From an uncultured Gammaproteobacteria bacterium (GTDB taxonomy: Bacteria; Patescibacteriota; Patescibacteriia; UBA9934; CAZDDW01), in contig OZ246408.1 of NCBI GenBank assembly GCA_965231015.1, positions 686,595-750,594 of the forward strand: 64,000 nt of DNA, in the 5' to 3' direction. Positions 1 through 10,416 of the stretch are shown one piece after another. The notes under the pieces were generated by a model. The model ran no database searches. It saw only the letters and a program-made list of their open reading frames with translations, and had not been told where the DNA came from. Numbering within the stretch: the stretch's first letter is position 1; each line of letters starts with the position of its first letter. The position numbers and the translations under genes are program-made.

Positions 1-948
1 CAAAACGAACACCTGGAAGAGCATATCGACGCCCTTACCAAAGCCAAGGTTGATGTTTTGGTTCCTTTTACTGTAGACGAACGGCTGGTTGGATTTATGA
101 TTTTCGGTAAACGCCGGTACGAAAAAATGCTTCGTTCGCGAGACATTAAATTTATTGAGTTAATGCGAAACGCCATCTCCCCTGCCCTTGAAAATGCGGC
201 CAAGTACGCGGAAATAAAAGATTTGTACGCTGAACTGTCTGAACTTGATAAAATCAAATCTGAATTCATTACCGTGGTCTCCCACAGCTTCCGAACCCCT
301 CTTTCAGCTATTCGTTGGAACGTGGAAGAGGTTTTGGATGATTACGCCAAAAGACTTGATAAAGCTGCAAAAAATGCCCTAAACGACGCTCACACCAAGA
401 CTATTTTCCTGATCAAAACCTTGGAACACCTCTTAGAAACCATTGCTTTTGAGTCCCCTGACATGATGCTCCAAAAAAGCATGTTCATGACCAAACCGAC
501 CCTGAAGTCACTTATGTCTACGGTGTCGGAAATCATGAAGAAAAAGAATGTCAACTTCTCATCCAAAGTTTCCAACCTGCCAATTCTGGCTGATAAAAAA
601 CTGCTCACCCAGGTATGTGAGAGCTTGCTCTTAAATGCGGCTCAATACACCCACGCGCACGATACAGTCACTTTTCACCTGTCCCCTGAAGATGGGCACA
701 TAAAAATCGAGGTTAAGGACACAGGAATCGGTATTCCGAAAAAAGACATTGATCGCATTTTTGAAAAGTTCTACCGCGCGAAAAATGCTCGGCTCGTGTA
801 CACGGACGGACAAGGTATGGGTCTATACTTAATCAAACGAATAATCGATATGCACCAGGGGTCAATCAAAGTTGATTCCACTCTTGAGGAGGGTGCTAAA
901 TTTACCCTATTAATTCCTGTAGGCCTAAACGGAAAGAAAAAAAGCTAA
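1..948 (+). CDS. Sensor histidine kinase (GAF-like tail, HisKA, HATPase_c), 5'-truncated by window edge
   Basis: H-box VSHSFRTPLSAI, N-box LLNAAQY, G1 DTGIGIP, G2 GQGMGL; frame open back to base 1. Confidence 0.93.
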   Translation, partial: QNEHLEEHIDALTKAKVDVLVPFTVDERLVGFMIFGKRRYEKMLRSRDIKFIELMRNAISPALENAAKYAEIKDLYAELSELDKIKSEFITVVSHSFRTPLSAIRWNVEEVLDDYAKRLDKAAKNALNDAHTKTIFLIKTLEHLLETIAFESPDMMLQKSMFMTKPTLKSLMSTVSEIMKKKNVNFSSKVSNLPILADKKLLTQVCESLLLNAAQYTHAHDTVTFHLSPEDGHIKIEVKDTGIGIPKKDIDRIFEKFYRAKNARLVYTDGQGMGLYLIKRIIDMHQGSIKVDSTLEEGAKFTLLIPVGLNGKKKS

Positions 949-1018
949 GCCTGGCCTAATTTTATACACATAAGCTCCTCTTTCTAAAGCGGAGCTTATT
1001 TGATATAGTAAGGTCACT

Positions 1019-1402
1019 ATGTCTACCAAATCTGCAAAAAAAATCCTCCTTGTCGAGGATGACGAAATGTTACACAAAGTTTTGTCAGAACGCTTAAAAA
1101 AAGAGGGGGTTGAAATTCAGGTGGCAACCGATGGTGAGCAGGCTATTACCAAAGCCGAATCCTTCTCACCTGACCTGATCCTGCTCGATATCATTTTGCC
1201 AAAAAAAAGTGGTTTTGAGGTTCTTCAAGAACTGCGCAGTAGATCCAAATTCAAAAAAACTCCGGTTGTGATTTTGTCAAACCTCGGCCAAGAAGAAGAT
1301 ATTGCTCAAATGAAAAAACTCGGTGTGAAAGAGTATCTGGTCAAGGCTGATTTTTCTTTAACAGAAATGACCAACAAAATCAAAGAACATCTTGACAAAT
1401 AA
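1019..1402 (+). CDS. Single-domain response regulator (receiver only)
   Basis: ILLVEDD, phosphoacceptor LILLDIILP, VVILSN, YLVK. Confidence 0.93.
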   Translation: MSTKSAKKILLVEDDEMLHKVLSERLKKEGVEIQVATDGEQAITKAESFSPDLILLDIILPKKSGFEVLQELRSRSKFKKTPVVILSNLGQEEDIAQMKKLGVKEYLVKADFSLTEMTNKIKEHLDK

Positions 1403-1407
1403 TTGTT

Positions 1408-3102
1408 ATGTCACTCAAAGAAAACAAATACAAAGAAATACTGGTTGATTACGATCTAATCTCGCAGGCAGAATACGACAAAGTCCTAAAAATATCTAAA
1501 GAAACTGAACGACCTTTGGAAGCAGTATTAGTTGATCAGGGTCATTTTACTGATCAACAGATTGGTAAACTAATTGCCAATGCTTACGAAGCAAAATTTG
1601 TTGACCTTAATAAAATTGAAATTGACCCAAAAGCCATTCAGGATATTCCTGAAATTTTTGCAAAAAAACAGAGCATTATTTCTTACGGTTGGAAAAACGG
1701 GGTTCGCCAAGTAGCCATGAATGATCCACACAACCTGGAACTGATTGATTTTGTGGAAAAGAAAATTGGTGAACAGGTTGATGTCTCTTACACCACTCCC
1801 GGTTTGATCGAACAGGCCTTTGCTGCTTATAGCACTAACGTGGCTGTAAAAATTCTTGATATCAGCAAAGAGTTTGCCAAGCTGGTTGGTAAAAGCAAGC
1901 CCTCACAAAAGGAAAGAGACCGTATGGAAGAGCTGATTGTCACCGTAACAGATCAATTGCTCAACTACGGCTATGACAACAAGGCTTCTGATATTCATAT
2001 TGAACCGCGAGAGAGTGATTTTTTGGTGCGTTACCGCGTAGACGGTATTTTGCACGATGAATTTGTGATGCCAAAGAAAATGCATAACGCCATTGTTTCG
2101 CGTATTAAGATTCTCTCAAACCTGCGCACGGATGAACACCTGGCTGCCCAGGATGGCAAATTCCGTTTCCGAGTTGGCAGTGATAAGATTGATGTACGTG
2201 TTTCGATCTTGCCGGTTGTCAACGGAGAAAAAGTGGTCATGCGACTGCTTGCTGAAAAAGGCCAACAGTACACATTAGAAAACATTGGTCTGGCTAAACT
2301 TGACATGGAGCGCGTGCGTGAGGCCGCTGAAAAACCGTACGGCATGATTCTTGTGACCGGTCCTACCGGAAGTGGTAAAACCACCACTCTCTACACCGTG
2401 CTCAAACTATTAAACACCCGCGACGTTAATATTTCCACTATTGAGGATCCGGTGGAGTATGACATTGCCGGGGTAAATCAAATTCAAGTTAATGAACGCA
2501 CCAATCTAACCTTTGCCGCTGGTCTGCGTTCTATTGTTCGTCAAGACCCGGACATTATCATGGTAGGTGAGATTCGTGATGAAGAAACCGCAGGGATCGC
2601 TGTTAACTCGGCCATGACCGGACACTTGGTTTTATCCACTCTTCACACCAACGATGCTCCAACCGCTCTGCCACGTTTGCTGGACATGGACGTGGAGCCG
2701 TTTTTGATTGCCTCATCAGTCAACGTGATTGTAGCTCAACGATTGGTTAGAAAAATTTGTCCCAACTGTATTACCAGCACATCTTTGAACGTAGAAAAAC
2801 TAAAAAAAGCTGTTTCTCCGGAAGTTTACAAACAATACTTTGGCTCAAAGAAAAATGCCCGCGTGTTCAAGGGCAAAGGCTGTGATCTGTGTCACCATTC
2901 CGGCTACACCGGACGAACCGGTATTTTTGAAGTTCTTACTATTTCCAGCCACATCCGAAAACTAATCATGGAACGAGCTAATGCGGAAGAAATCAAAGAA
3001 GCGGCCATGAAAGAAGGAATGACCACCATGATTGAAGACGGAATTAAAAAAATGATTGAAGGTGTGACCACTCTAGATGAAGTATTACGCGTTGTAAAGT
3101 AA
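1408..3102 (+). CDS. pilB: Type IV pilus assembly ATPase PilB/GspE
   Basis: ASDIHIEP, Walker A GPTGSGKTT, TIEDPVEY, RQDPDIIMVGEIRD, AMTGHLVLSTLH, tetracysteine CPNC..CDLC. Confidence 0.95.
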   Translation: MSLKENKYKEILVDYDLISQAEYDKVLKISKETERPLEAVLVDQGHFTDQQIGKLIANAYEAKFVDLNKIEIDPKAIQDIPEIFAKKQSIISYGWKNGVRQVAMNDPHNLELIDFVEKKIGEQVDVSYTTPGLIEQAFAAYSTNVAVKILDISKEFAKLVGKSKPSQKERDRMEELIVTVTDQLLNYGYDNKASDIHIEPRESDFLVRYRVDGILHDEFVMPKKMHNAIVSRIKILSNLRTDEHLAAQDGKFRFRVGSDKIDVRVSILPVVNGEKVVMRLLAEKGQQYTLENIGLAKLDMERVREAAEKPYGMILVTGPTGSGKTTTLYTVLKLLNTRDVNISTIEDPVEYDIAGVNQIQVNERTNLTFAAGLRSIVRQDPDIIMVGEIRDEETAGIAVNSAMTGHLVLSTLHTNDAPTALPRLLDMDVEPFLIASSVNVIVAQRLVRKICPNCITSTSLNVEKLKKAVSPEVYKQYFGSKKNARVFKGKGCDLCHHSGYTGRTGIFEVLTISSHIRKLIMERANAEEIKEAAMKEGMTTMIEDGIKKMIEGVTTLDEVLRVVK

Positions 3103-3210
3103 ATTTTCAATTTAACAATTTACAATTTTCGATTTAAACACCAATGATCAATTGATAACTGAACCTTGATCATTAAATGAAAACTGAAAATTGAAAACTG
3201 ATCATTATAT
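3101..3210. repeat. Degenerate 7-mer array with inverted counterpart (AATTTTC-like / TGAAAA(C/T))
   Basis: aattttc-aatttaac-aatttac-aattttc ... tgaaaac-tgaaaat-tgaaaac-tgatcat in the pilB-pilC spacer. Confidence 0.6.
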
Positions 3211-3212
3211 TT

Positions 3213-4403
3213 ATGCGTTACGTTTACACTGTCGCTGATAAAAAAGGCGAAAAAAAGCACGGTGTCATAGAGGCGGACGACAGGAAAAAAGCTATTGCAG
3301 AATTGAAACGGTCGGGCAAGACCATAATTTTCTTATCAGCCGAAACCAAGAAAATAATTCTCTATCTCCCCTACGTTTCCAGCTTTGAAAAAATGGCCAT
3401 GACTAAACACCTGGCTATCATGCTTAAAGCCGGTTTGACCCTGGACGCCACCATGAAAACCCTGATCCTTCAGTTCACAGGGAAACTGCGGAGTGTTTTA
3501 GACGATGTTTACGACAGTATTGAAGCTGGTTCAGGATTAGCCGAAGCTATGGCCCAACACCCGCGTGTGTTCAACGACTACTTTGTAAACATGGTAAAAG
3601 CCGGTGAATCAAGTGGTAATCTACCGGAGAATCTGGAACGTTTAGCCGACCGGTTAAGCAAAGACCATGAACTGAAACAAAAAGTGGTCAGTGCTATGTT
3701 TTATCCGACCATGGTTTTTGCTCTCACCCTGGCGCTTGCTTTATCCATTTCTTTATTTGTACTTCCTCGCCTGACCGGACTTTTTAAAGCTTTTGACTTT
3801 GAGCTTCCGTTAACCACTAAAATCATGCTGGTCTTTTCCAACTTTATGGCCAACCATGGTGTTTTAGCGGCCATGATTGTTATTATCGGCATCCCAACCT
3901 TCATTTTTGTTTTAAGACTAAAGCCGGTCCGACCGTTTTCCCATGCCCTGTATCTTAAGCTGCCTCTGATCAACAAACTGATCATGGATATTAATTTGGC
4001 TCGTTTTTCCATTATTTTGTCCTCCCTTTTGGAAAGCGGTTTACCAATTGATAAGGCGGTTAAAATCTGTCGGGACGTTATTGGAAACTACCGCTACAAA
4101 GCGGCTATTCAACGTTTAAACGAAGGAATTGTCACCGGAAAACCGGCCTCTGATGTTTTGTCTGAATTTCAAAGTATTTTCCCACCGTTTGTGGTGCAAA
4201 TGATTGCTTCCGGTGAAGAATCAGGGAAACTCGAAGACATGTTGTCATACCTTGGAGAATTCTATGAAAAAGAACTGGATAATAAACTTAAAAACCTTTC
4301 CACCATCGTTGAACCGGGTCTATTAATAATCATTGGTTTAATGGTGGCCTTTACGGCCATTGCCATTATCACTCCGGTTTACAACTTTATTGGAGAAATT
4401 TAA
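3213..4403 (+). CDS. pilC: Type IV pilus platform protein PilC/GspF
   Basis: Two T2SSF repeats (MVKAGESSGNL, MIASGEESGKL), LSTIVEP, three TM segments. Confidence 0.94.
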   Translation: MRYVYTVADKKGEKKHGVIEADDRKKAIAELKRSGKTIIFLSAETKKIILYLPYVSSFEKMAMTKHLAIMLKAGLTLDATMKTLILQFTGKLRSVLDDVYDSIEAGSGLAEAMAQHPRVFNDYFVNMVKAGESSGNLPENLERLADRLSKDHELKQKVVSAMFYPTMVFALTLALALSISLFVLPRLTGLFKAFDFELPLTTKIMLVFSNFMANHGVLAAMIVIIGIPTFIFVLRLKPVRPFSHALYLKLPLINKLIMDINLARFSIILSSLLESGLPIDKAVKICRDVIGNYRYKAAIQRLNEGIVTGKPASDVLSEFQSIFPPFVVQMIASGEESGKLEDMLSYLGEFYEKELDNKLKNLSTIVEPGLLIIIGLMVAFTAIAIITPVYNFIGEI

Positions 4404-4405
4404 TT

Positions 4406-4888
4406 ATGTTCTTTTCGCTTGGCAAAACCAAGCCCGCACGTGACGGTTTTACCCTTTCCGAAACACTTTTAGTGGTCAGTATCATTGTCTTACTGGCTAT
4501 TTTAGCGATTCCGGTATATACGAACTTTTACCACAAGTATCAATTGGACACCGCTTCTCATGACACTCTACAGTTCTTGCGGGTCGCTCAAGTTAATGCC
4601 ATGGCCAGCCGTGGTCATGACGAATATGGGCTCCGGATTGTCTCCGGAGACGGCGGTTCAATTGAAATCTTTAAAGGGCCGAGTTATGCGGGTCGAGATA
4701 CTTCATTTGAAGGAGAGATTATCAACTTTCCCTCGAATGTAAATATCTCTGAAACCGTGGTTGGATCAGACATTGTCTTTACTCGTGTAGAAGGATCAAC
4801 CCCAGACACCGGAACTATCACACTTTATAACCAAGCTGACACTAAAATAATTTCTATTTATGAAACCGGGCTGGTGGAACTTGACTAA
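4406..4888 (+). CDS. Minor pilin (FimT/GspH-like)
   Basis: Prepilin site G|FTLSETLLVV with E5; first pilin after pilC. Confidence 0.85.
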   Translation: MFFSLGKTKPARDGFTLSETLLVVSIIVLLAILAIPVYTNFYHKYQLDTASHDTLQFLRVAQVNAMASRGHDEYGLRIVSGDGGSIEIFKGPSYAGRDTSFEGEIINFPSNVNISETVVGSDIVFTRVEGSTPDTGTITLYNQADTKIISIYETGLVELD

Positions 4889-7800
4889 ATACCGACACGG
4901 ATCGGTTATGATTGAGGCCCTGATGGCGGTCGCGATTTTTGGTATTGGGGCGTCCAGTATTGTGTATTTGATTCTCGGCTCCCTGGAAACCACTCGTTCG
5001 GGTTCAGACTACACCGCAGCCCAAGAATACTTAAACGAGGGCTGGGAAGCCACCCGTTCAATTGGTACCAACAACTATAATGCCCTTGAGATTAGCCCGA
5101 CGACCTTTGGAGTTGATGACACTTCCGGGGAATGGGTTTTTTCCGGCACCAGCAATACGGATGGATATTTTACTCGCACTATCGATATCAATCCGGTTTA
5201 CCGAGATGCTTTGGGTGATATTGCTCCAACCGGAACCATTGACATTAATCTGCGCGAAATCATTGTTAATGTCTCCTGGTACGAAACTCCAACCAAACAA
5301 CGAAGTGTTTTTTCAACTTTTTATTTTTCTAACTGGGACTCTGACTCCTGGTTTGAAGACACGGAAGCTGACTTTTCTGACGGTACGTTTACGAGCACTG
5401 AAACAACTCTGCATGATGACGGAGAGGTTGCCCTAGAAGCCATCGGAGGCGGATCAGATGATTGGGGCTGCGTAGAGCAAACCTTGACTTATGATATCTC
5501 AGGAACAGCTGACTATAATGACCTTGATGTTGTTGATAATACTTTGTATATGGTTCGTGAATCAGACACCGGTCCGGAACTCGTAATTTATGACGTAAGC
5601 ACCCCGGATAGCCCCAGCCTGCTCGGCTCCATGGACTTAACCACTACGGGTAACGCTATTAAGGTAGATGATGGTTACGCCTACATTGCCTCGATTCATA
5701 ACAGTTATGAATTAGGAGTGATTGATGTATCTGATCCGGCGGCACCTTTTTTGGCTGGTGGGTATGATGCGGCCGGAACCGCTAATGGTAGTGATGTGTA
5801 TGTAGATGGTGATCGAGTATATCTTGCTCGAGAAAGCAGTGCCGCAGATGAATTCTTTATTTTGAACGTTGCCACTCCATCCACACCGGTTTTTGTTGGT
5901 TCTTATGATGTTGGAGACACGGTTGAGGGACTGGTTGTTGATACCACCAATGATGTGGCATTTTTGGCCACCCGTGGTGATGCTCGTGAACTCACTGCGG
6001 TCAATATCTCTACCGAAACCTCACCCGTGCTTCACAGTGAGTATGATATACCGGGTATTGATAACGCTACTGACGTAGCTCTCGATGACACACTTAACTA
6101 CGCCATTGTCACACGCACCACGGATACTGGTTCAGAAATTTTTGTAGTTAACGTTAGTGATCCTACCAACATTACTGCTGAGACTGATTTAGAAGCGGAC
6201 CGAGACGCCATCGGGGTTTATGTTGATGGAGATTATGCTTTGGTGGTTACCAATGACCCGGGATACGGCTTAATCACCATTGATTTTTCCAATCCTGCCA
6301 CAGCCACCACTTTAAGCACAATAGACATTGACGGTGACGCCAACGCGGTGATTGCCGCGGACAATCACCGTATATACGTAGCCACCGGTAATGATTCAGG
6401 TGAACTAATGGTATACAAAGCCGGCGGAGGGTGGGCTTGCCCAAGTTTTGTGGGGAATTATGACGACACCGCAGGAACTGACGCGGTACGACTTGATCTT
6501 GTGGGTGATACTCTTTACTTGACCAAAGAAAGTTCAGGTAATGACGAATTGGTTATTTTGGACGTCACTGACCGCTCCTCCCCTTCCCTGCTTGGCTCCA
6601 TTGATATTGGAGACACAATTTTTGATATAGATGTCGAAGGAAACTACGCTTACTTGGCCACGAATGGGGACGAGCTGGTCATTGTTGACGTTTCTAATCC
6701 AAGCTCGTTGTCTATTGCAGGAACCTTTGACGCCACCGGTGGAGCCGATGGTTACGCGGTAGTGGTCAACGCTGACCGAGCCTATTTGGGACGCAACAGC
6801 AGTAGCAGTGATGAATTATATATCATAGACGTTTCCAACCCGGCCGCACCTGTGGAACTGGATTCTTTTGATGCCGGTGATGACGTCAATGGCCTTGCTT
6901 ACTCCGGTGGGTATGTTTATCTAGCTTCCGACCATAATACTTACACTTTTGAAAACTATGACGTCTCTTTCGATACGTGGAGCTGGGTAGACTATATCCA
7001 ATATCCAACCAACCTGCGCGACGTTTATGTCAATGGTAATTATGCCTATGTGGTGGGCGAAGATAATCCGGGAAATGAATTCTTCATTATTGATATCACA
7101 GACCCAACCAATTATTCTGAGGTTGGTTCAGCAGAAATAAACGAGGACAGTTACGAAGTTTGGAGCGACGGGAACTATGCTTTCTTAAGCGCGCATATAA
7201 CTGACCAGGAAATCATGATTTATGACGTCTCCAATCCAACCGGCCCGTCTTTTGTTCAAAGTTATGACATAAGTGGCGGAACCTATGACGTTTTTGGAAT
7301 TGAAGGAGACGGAAGTTATTTATATGCTTCCGGTGAATCTGATGATCAGGAACTCATCATATTAGAGCCATACGTCAGCTCTGGCCTGGCGGACACATAT
7401 ATCCATGATAGCTTGGCAGAATTTAATGGCAGTTATTCTGATACACAGTGGAACACGGACCACCTTGAACTTGATGCCACCGGCATCACAAACGGAACTG
7501 GTACCTACACCTCCCCAATCATAGACTCTGGTCAAGCTGACTCGGCCTGGGGTGACTTGGCCTGGACCGAAGAGCTTAATAATTCACCGGATCTGCGTAT
7601 GGAAGCTGGTAGTACCACAGCTACGAGTAGCTACAGCACGGTTACCCTACAAAACACCTACGAAAATCCCGTTGTGGTTCCCTTCTATTTCGAAAGTAAT
7701 AACGCTGACCCGGTTTCGGTTCGTTTGGACAATATTACCAGTACCAGTTTCGATCTGAAGCTTCAAGAACCGGACGGGACTACTCCTTCTTCAGACACGG

Positions 7801-9881
7801 TTCACTATTTCGTAATTGAATCCGGCGCTTTTGAATTACCTGACGGTACCCTGATTGAAGCCGGAACTTATGACAGCAGTACGGTAGCTTCTAAAGCCAA
7901 CGGATGGAACGGTGATAATATCAACTTCACCCAAGCCTTCACTTCTGCTCCAGTAGTTATGCATGCGGTTCAAACCGAAAACGACAGCACCTGGATTTCC
8001 AGTTTCATTTCCGCTCAAGGTAGCCAAAACAACCCGCCAACCTCCACCGGTTTTCAGATTGCCATGAACGGAGCCGAGGCAGTTAATAGTCATGACCCGG
8101 AAACTCTGGGTTGGGTGGCTTTTGAGACCGCCACCGGTTTGATTGATGGAACAGCCTACGAATTTGTTAACAACGGAGATGGCACTACCGGACACGCTAA
8201 CGGTTGTACTGTTAAAAATTTCTCCAACTCCTACTCTTCCCCACCTCTGGTTATTGCTGACCAGCAAGAAATGGATGGTGGTGATGGAGGGTGGCTGGTT
8301 GGCTGTTCAGGCCCAACTTCTTCGAATTACGGCGAACATGTTGAAGAAGACACGGTTGGTGACACTGACCGAGGTCATACCGGTGAAACCACGGCCTACA
8401 TTGCTTTTGAAAGCGCGTTCGATTTTGAACAATCAACTTCGAGTAATCCTTTGCGCCTTGAGGTTGGCTCAACGTCTGTAACCTCGGCTTTCAACACGGT
8501 CAACCTACAACTTTCCTACACTGATCTGGTAGTTATTCCTTTCCATATGGAAAGCTCTAATACCATTCCCGTTTCTACTCGCATCACTAATATCACCTCC
8601 AACAGTTTTGACATTAAACTCGACAACCCATCGGGCAGTACTCCTTCCAGTGAAACAGTTTATTACATTGTAGCCGAGACCGGTATCTACACTTTGCCCG
8701 GAGGAAGTATTCTTGAAGTATTTAAAGCTGACACCAGCCAGGTTAGTTCGTCCGGAGCCGGCTGGAGCGGCACCAACTACAACTACGTCAGCAGCTTTGC
8801 TTCAACTCCGGTTGTTTTACACCATGTTCAAACCAACAATGACCCGGCCTGGATTTACTCTTATGTTTCCGAACAAGGCACGGCCACCAACCCTCCGACA
8901 GCTACTGGTTTCCAATACTCTCTTAACGGTGCTGAGGTCACCAATTCCCACGGATCTGAAACCATTGGTTTTATTATTCTGGAACAGGGTACGGGCAATA
9001 TTACCGGAATCGATTTTGAAAACACGGTTCACAGCAATAACACCCGTGGTCACGATGATGGTTGTTACACCCAAACTTATTCCGGTTTTTTCTTCCCTGC
9101 TCCGCTCGTAATTGCCAAACAGCAGGGTATGGCCGGACCTAACGGCGGATGGTTAGTGGGTTGCTCGGGTCCAAGTTCTTTCAACTACGGAGCTCATGTT
9201 GAAGAAGATCAGGTTGGAGACGGGGAAAGAAACCACACCGACGAATACACGGCTAGCTCTATTTTTGAAGCCGCTTTCGATTACGAAGAGGCTGAAAATG
9301 ATCTTGTCTTCCAGGTTCGTTCTTGTGATGACGCCGGTTGTGTCGGTGAATCATTTATGGGTCCGGACGGCACCAGTGGTACCTACTACACCACTCCTGA
9401 CGGCGAGGCGTTAAATGTTGCTGAAAACCAATATTTCCAATATCAGGTCACCTTTACATCCGGTGATGGCGCCACTACTCCGGAACTGTATGACGTCACT
9501 TTTGACTTTGGTCCTGGCGGTGGAGGCGGCGGCGGATCCTACGAAACCGCCGGCACTTACCGTTCGAACGCTTATGACGCAGGTGGAACCGCTAATTGGA
9601 ACACCCTTGAATGGACCGAAGAGGTCACGGGTTGCGGTACTTGTGACATTAAGGTGCAGATTCGCACCGCAACCACACCCGGTGGCCTATCCGGAGAACT
9701 TTGGCAGGGTCCAGAAGGTAAAGATGGTGATGAAACCGACTTCTTCACTGGCCCGTCCGGCGACCTGATCCATCCGGATCATAACGGAGACCAGTGGATC
9801 CAGTATCTAGTAACCCTGACCGGAGATGGCACTACTACCCCGTATTTTGAAGATATCTTTATCACTTACACCAACTACTAA
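4881..9881 (+). CDS. Giant PilV-like minor pilin fused to LVIVD-repeat beta-propellers and duplicated lectin-like modules (putative tip adhesin)
   Basis: RHG|SVMIEALMAVAIFG prepilin-like N-terminus (likely TTG start 4881, alternative ATG 4860); many 'YAYLA...ELVIVDVSNP' repeats; 286-aa internal duplication. Confidence 0.85.
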   Translation: MTKYRHGSVMIEALMAVAIFGIGASSIVYLILGSLETTRSGSDYTAAQEYLNEGWEATRSIGTNNYNALEISPTTFGVDDTSGEWVFSGTSNTDGYFTRTIDINPVYRDALGDIAPTGTIDINLREIIVNVSWYETPTKQRSVFSTFYFSNWDSDSWFEDTEADFSDGTFTSTETTLHDDGEVALEAIGGGSDDWGCVEQTLTYDISGTADYNDLDVVDNTLYMVRESDTGPELVIYDVSTPDSPSLLGSMDLTTTGNAIKVDDGYAYIASIHNSYELGVIDVSDPAAPFLAGGYDAAGTANGSDVYVDGDRVYLARESSAADEFFILNVATPSTPVFVGSYDVGDTVEGLVVDTTNDVAFLATRGDARELTAVNISTETSPVLHSEYDIPGIDNATDVALDDTLNYAIVTRTTDTGSEIFVVNVSDPTNITAETDLEADRDAIGVYVDGDYALVVTNDPGYGLITIDFSNPATATTLSTIDIDGDANAVIAADNHRIYVATGNDSGELMVYKAGGGWACPSFVGNYDDTAGTDAVRLDLVGDTLYLTKESSGNDELVILDVTDRSSPSLLGSIDIGDTIFDIDVEGNYAYLATNGDELVIVDVSNPSSLSIAGTFDATGGADGYAVVVNADRAYLGRNSSSSDELYIIDVSNPAAPVELDSFDAGDDVNGLAYSGGYVYLASDHNTYTFENYDVSFDTWSWVDYIQYPTNLRDVYVNGNYAYVVGEDNPGNEFFIIDITDPTNYSEVGSAEINEDSYEVWSDGNYAFLSAHITDQEIMIYDVSNPTGPSFVQSYDISGGTYDVFGIEGDGSYLYASGESDDQELIILEPYVSSGLADTYIHDSLAEFNGSYSDTQWNTDHLELDATGITNGTGTYTSPIIDSGQADSAWGDLAWTEELNNSPDLRMEAGSTTATSSYSTVTLQNTYENPVVVPFYFESNNADPVSVRLDNITSTSFDLKLQEPDGTTPSSDTVHYFVIESGAFELPDGTLIEAGTYDSSTVASKANGWNGDNINFTQAFTSAPVVMHAVQTENDSTWISSFISAQGSQNNPPTSTGFQIAMNGAEAVNSHDPETLGWVAFETATGLIDGTAYEFVNNGDGTTGHANGCTVKNFSNSYSSPPLVIADQQEMDGGDGGWLVGCSGPTSSNYGEHVEEDTVGDTDRGHTGETTAYIAFESAFDFEQSTSSNPLRLEVGSTSVTSAFNTVNLQLSYTDLVVIPFHMESSNTIPVSTRITNITSNSFDIKLDNPSGSTPSSETVYYIVAETGIYTLPGGSILEVFKADTSQVSSSGAGWSGTNYNYVSSFASTPVVLHHVQTNNDPAWIYSYVSEQGTATNPPTATGFQYSLNGAEVTNSHGSETIGFIILEQGTGNITGIDFENTVHSNNTRGHDDGCYTQTYSGFFFPAPLVIAKQQGMAGPNGGWLVGCSGPSSFNYGAHVEEDQVGDGERNHTDEYTASSIFEAAFDYEEAENDLVFQVRSCDDAGCVGESFMGPDGTSGTYYTTPDGEALNVAENQYFQYQVTFTSGDGATTPELYDVTFDFGPGGGGGGGSYETAGTYRSNAYDAGGTANWNTLEWTEEVTGCGTCDIKVQIRTATTPGGLSGELWQGPEGKDGDETDFFTGPSGDLIHPDHNGDQWIQYLVTLTGDGTTTPYFEDIFITYTNY

Positions 9882-9883
9882 AT

Positions 9884-10414
9884 ATGAAACTACGTCGCTC
9901 ACAACACGGCTATACCCTGGTGGAACTTCTGTTGACCATTGCAGTGCTGGCTTTGATTGGAGCGCTTGGTATTAACCTTTTCTTAGCTGTTTTAAATAAC
10001 AGAGCCAAGGTGATCGCCCAAATAGAGGTGCAACAAAACGCACACTTAGCCATGCAGCGCATAGTTTATGAAATCCGTCGCGCCTATGACACTGAGGCCA
10101 CTTCTGACTTTGATACTAATTTGGCTACCAATCCCGGCACTACGCTTGATCTGGACATGCCGGATGCTGGACGCGACCCAACCACCTTTGAAGTGAATTC
10201 CGGAGTCATCCAAATCACACAAGGAGCCGGCTCTACTGTTAACCTGACCTCAAACGACGTTGAGGTGACTGATTTAACAATTGAAGACCGAAGCACCGGG
10301 AACGGACGAAGCAACAACTTACGCGTCAATTTAACCATCAAATCTGTACTGGATGGACCAAACGCGCCTGATGCGGAAACTTTTGTCACCACAGTTGAAC
10401 TTAGGTATCCATAA
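9884..10414 (+). CDS. Minor pilin (PilW/GspJ-like)
   Basis: G|YTLVELLLTIAV, QNAHLAMQRIVYEIRRA helix. Confidence 0.87.
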   Translation: MKLRRSQHGYTLVELLLTIAVLALIGALGINLFLAVLNNRAKVIAQIEVQQNAHLAMQRIVYEIRRAYDTEATSDFDTNLATNPGTTLDLDMPDAGRDPTTFEVNSGVIQITQGAGSTVNLTSNDVEVTDLTIEDRSTGNGRSNNLRVNLTIKSVLDGPNAPDAETFVTTVELRYP

Positions 10415-10416
10415 AT

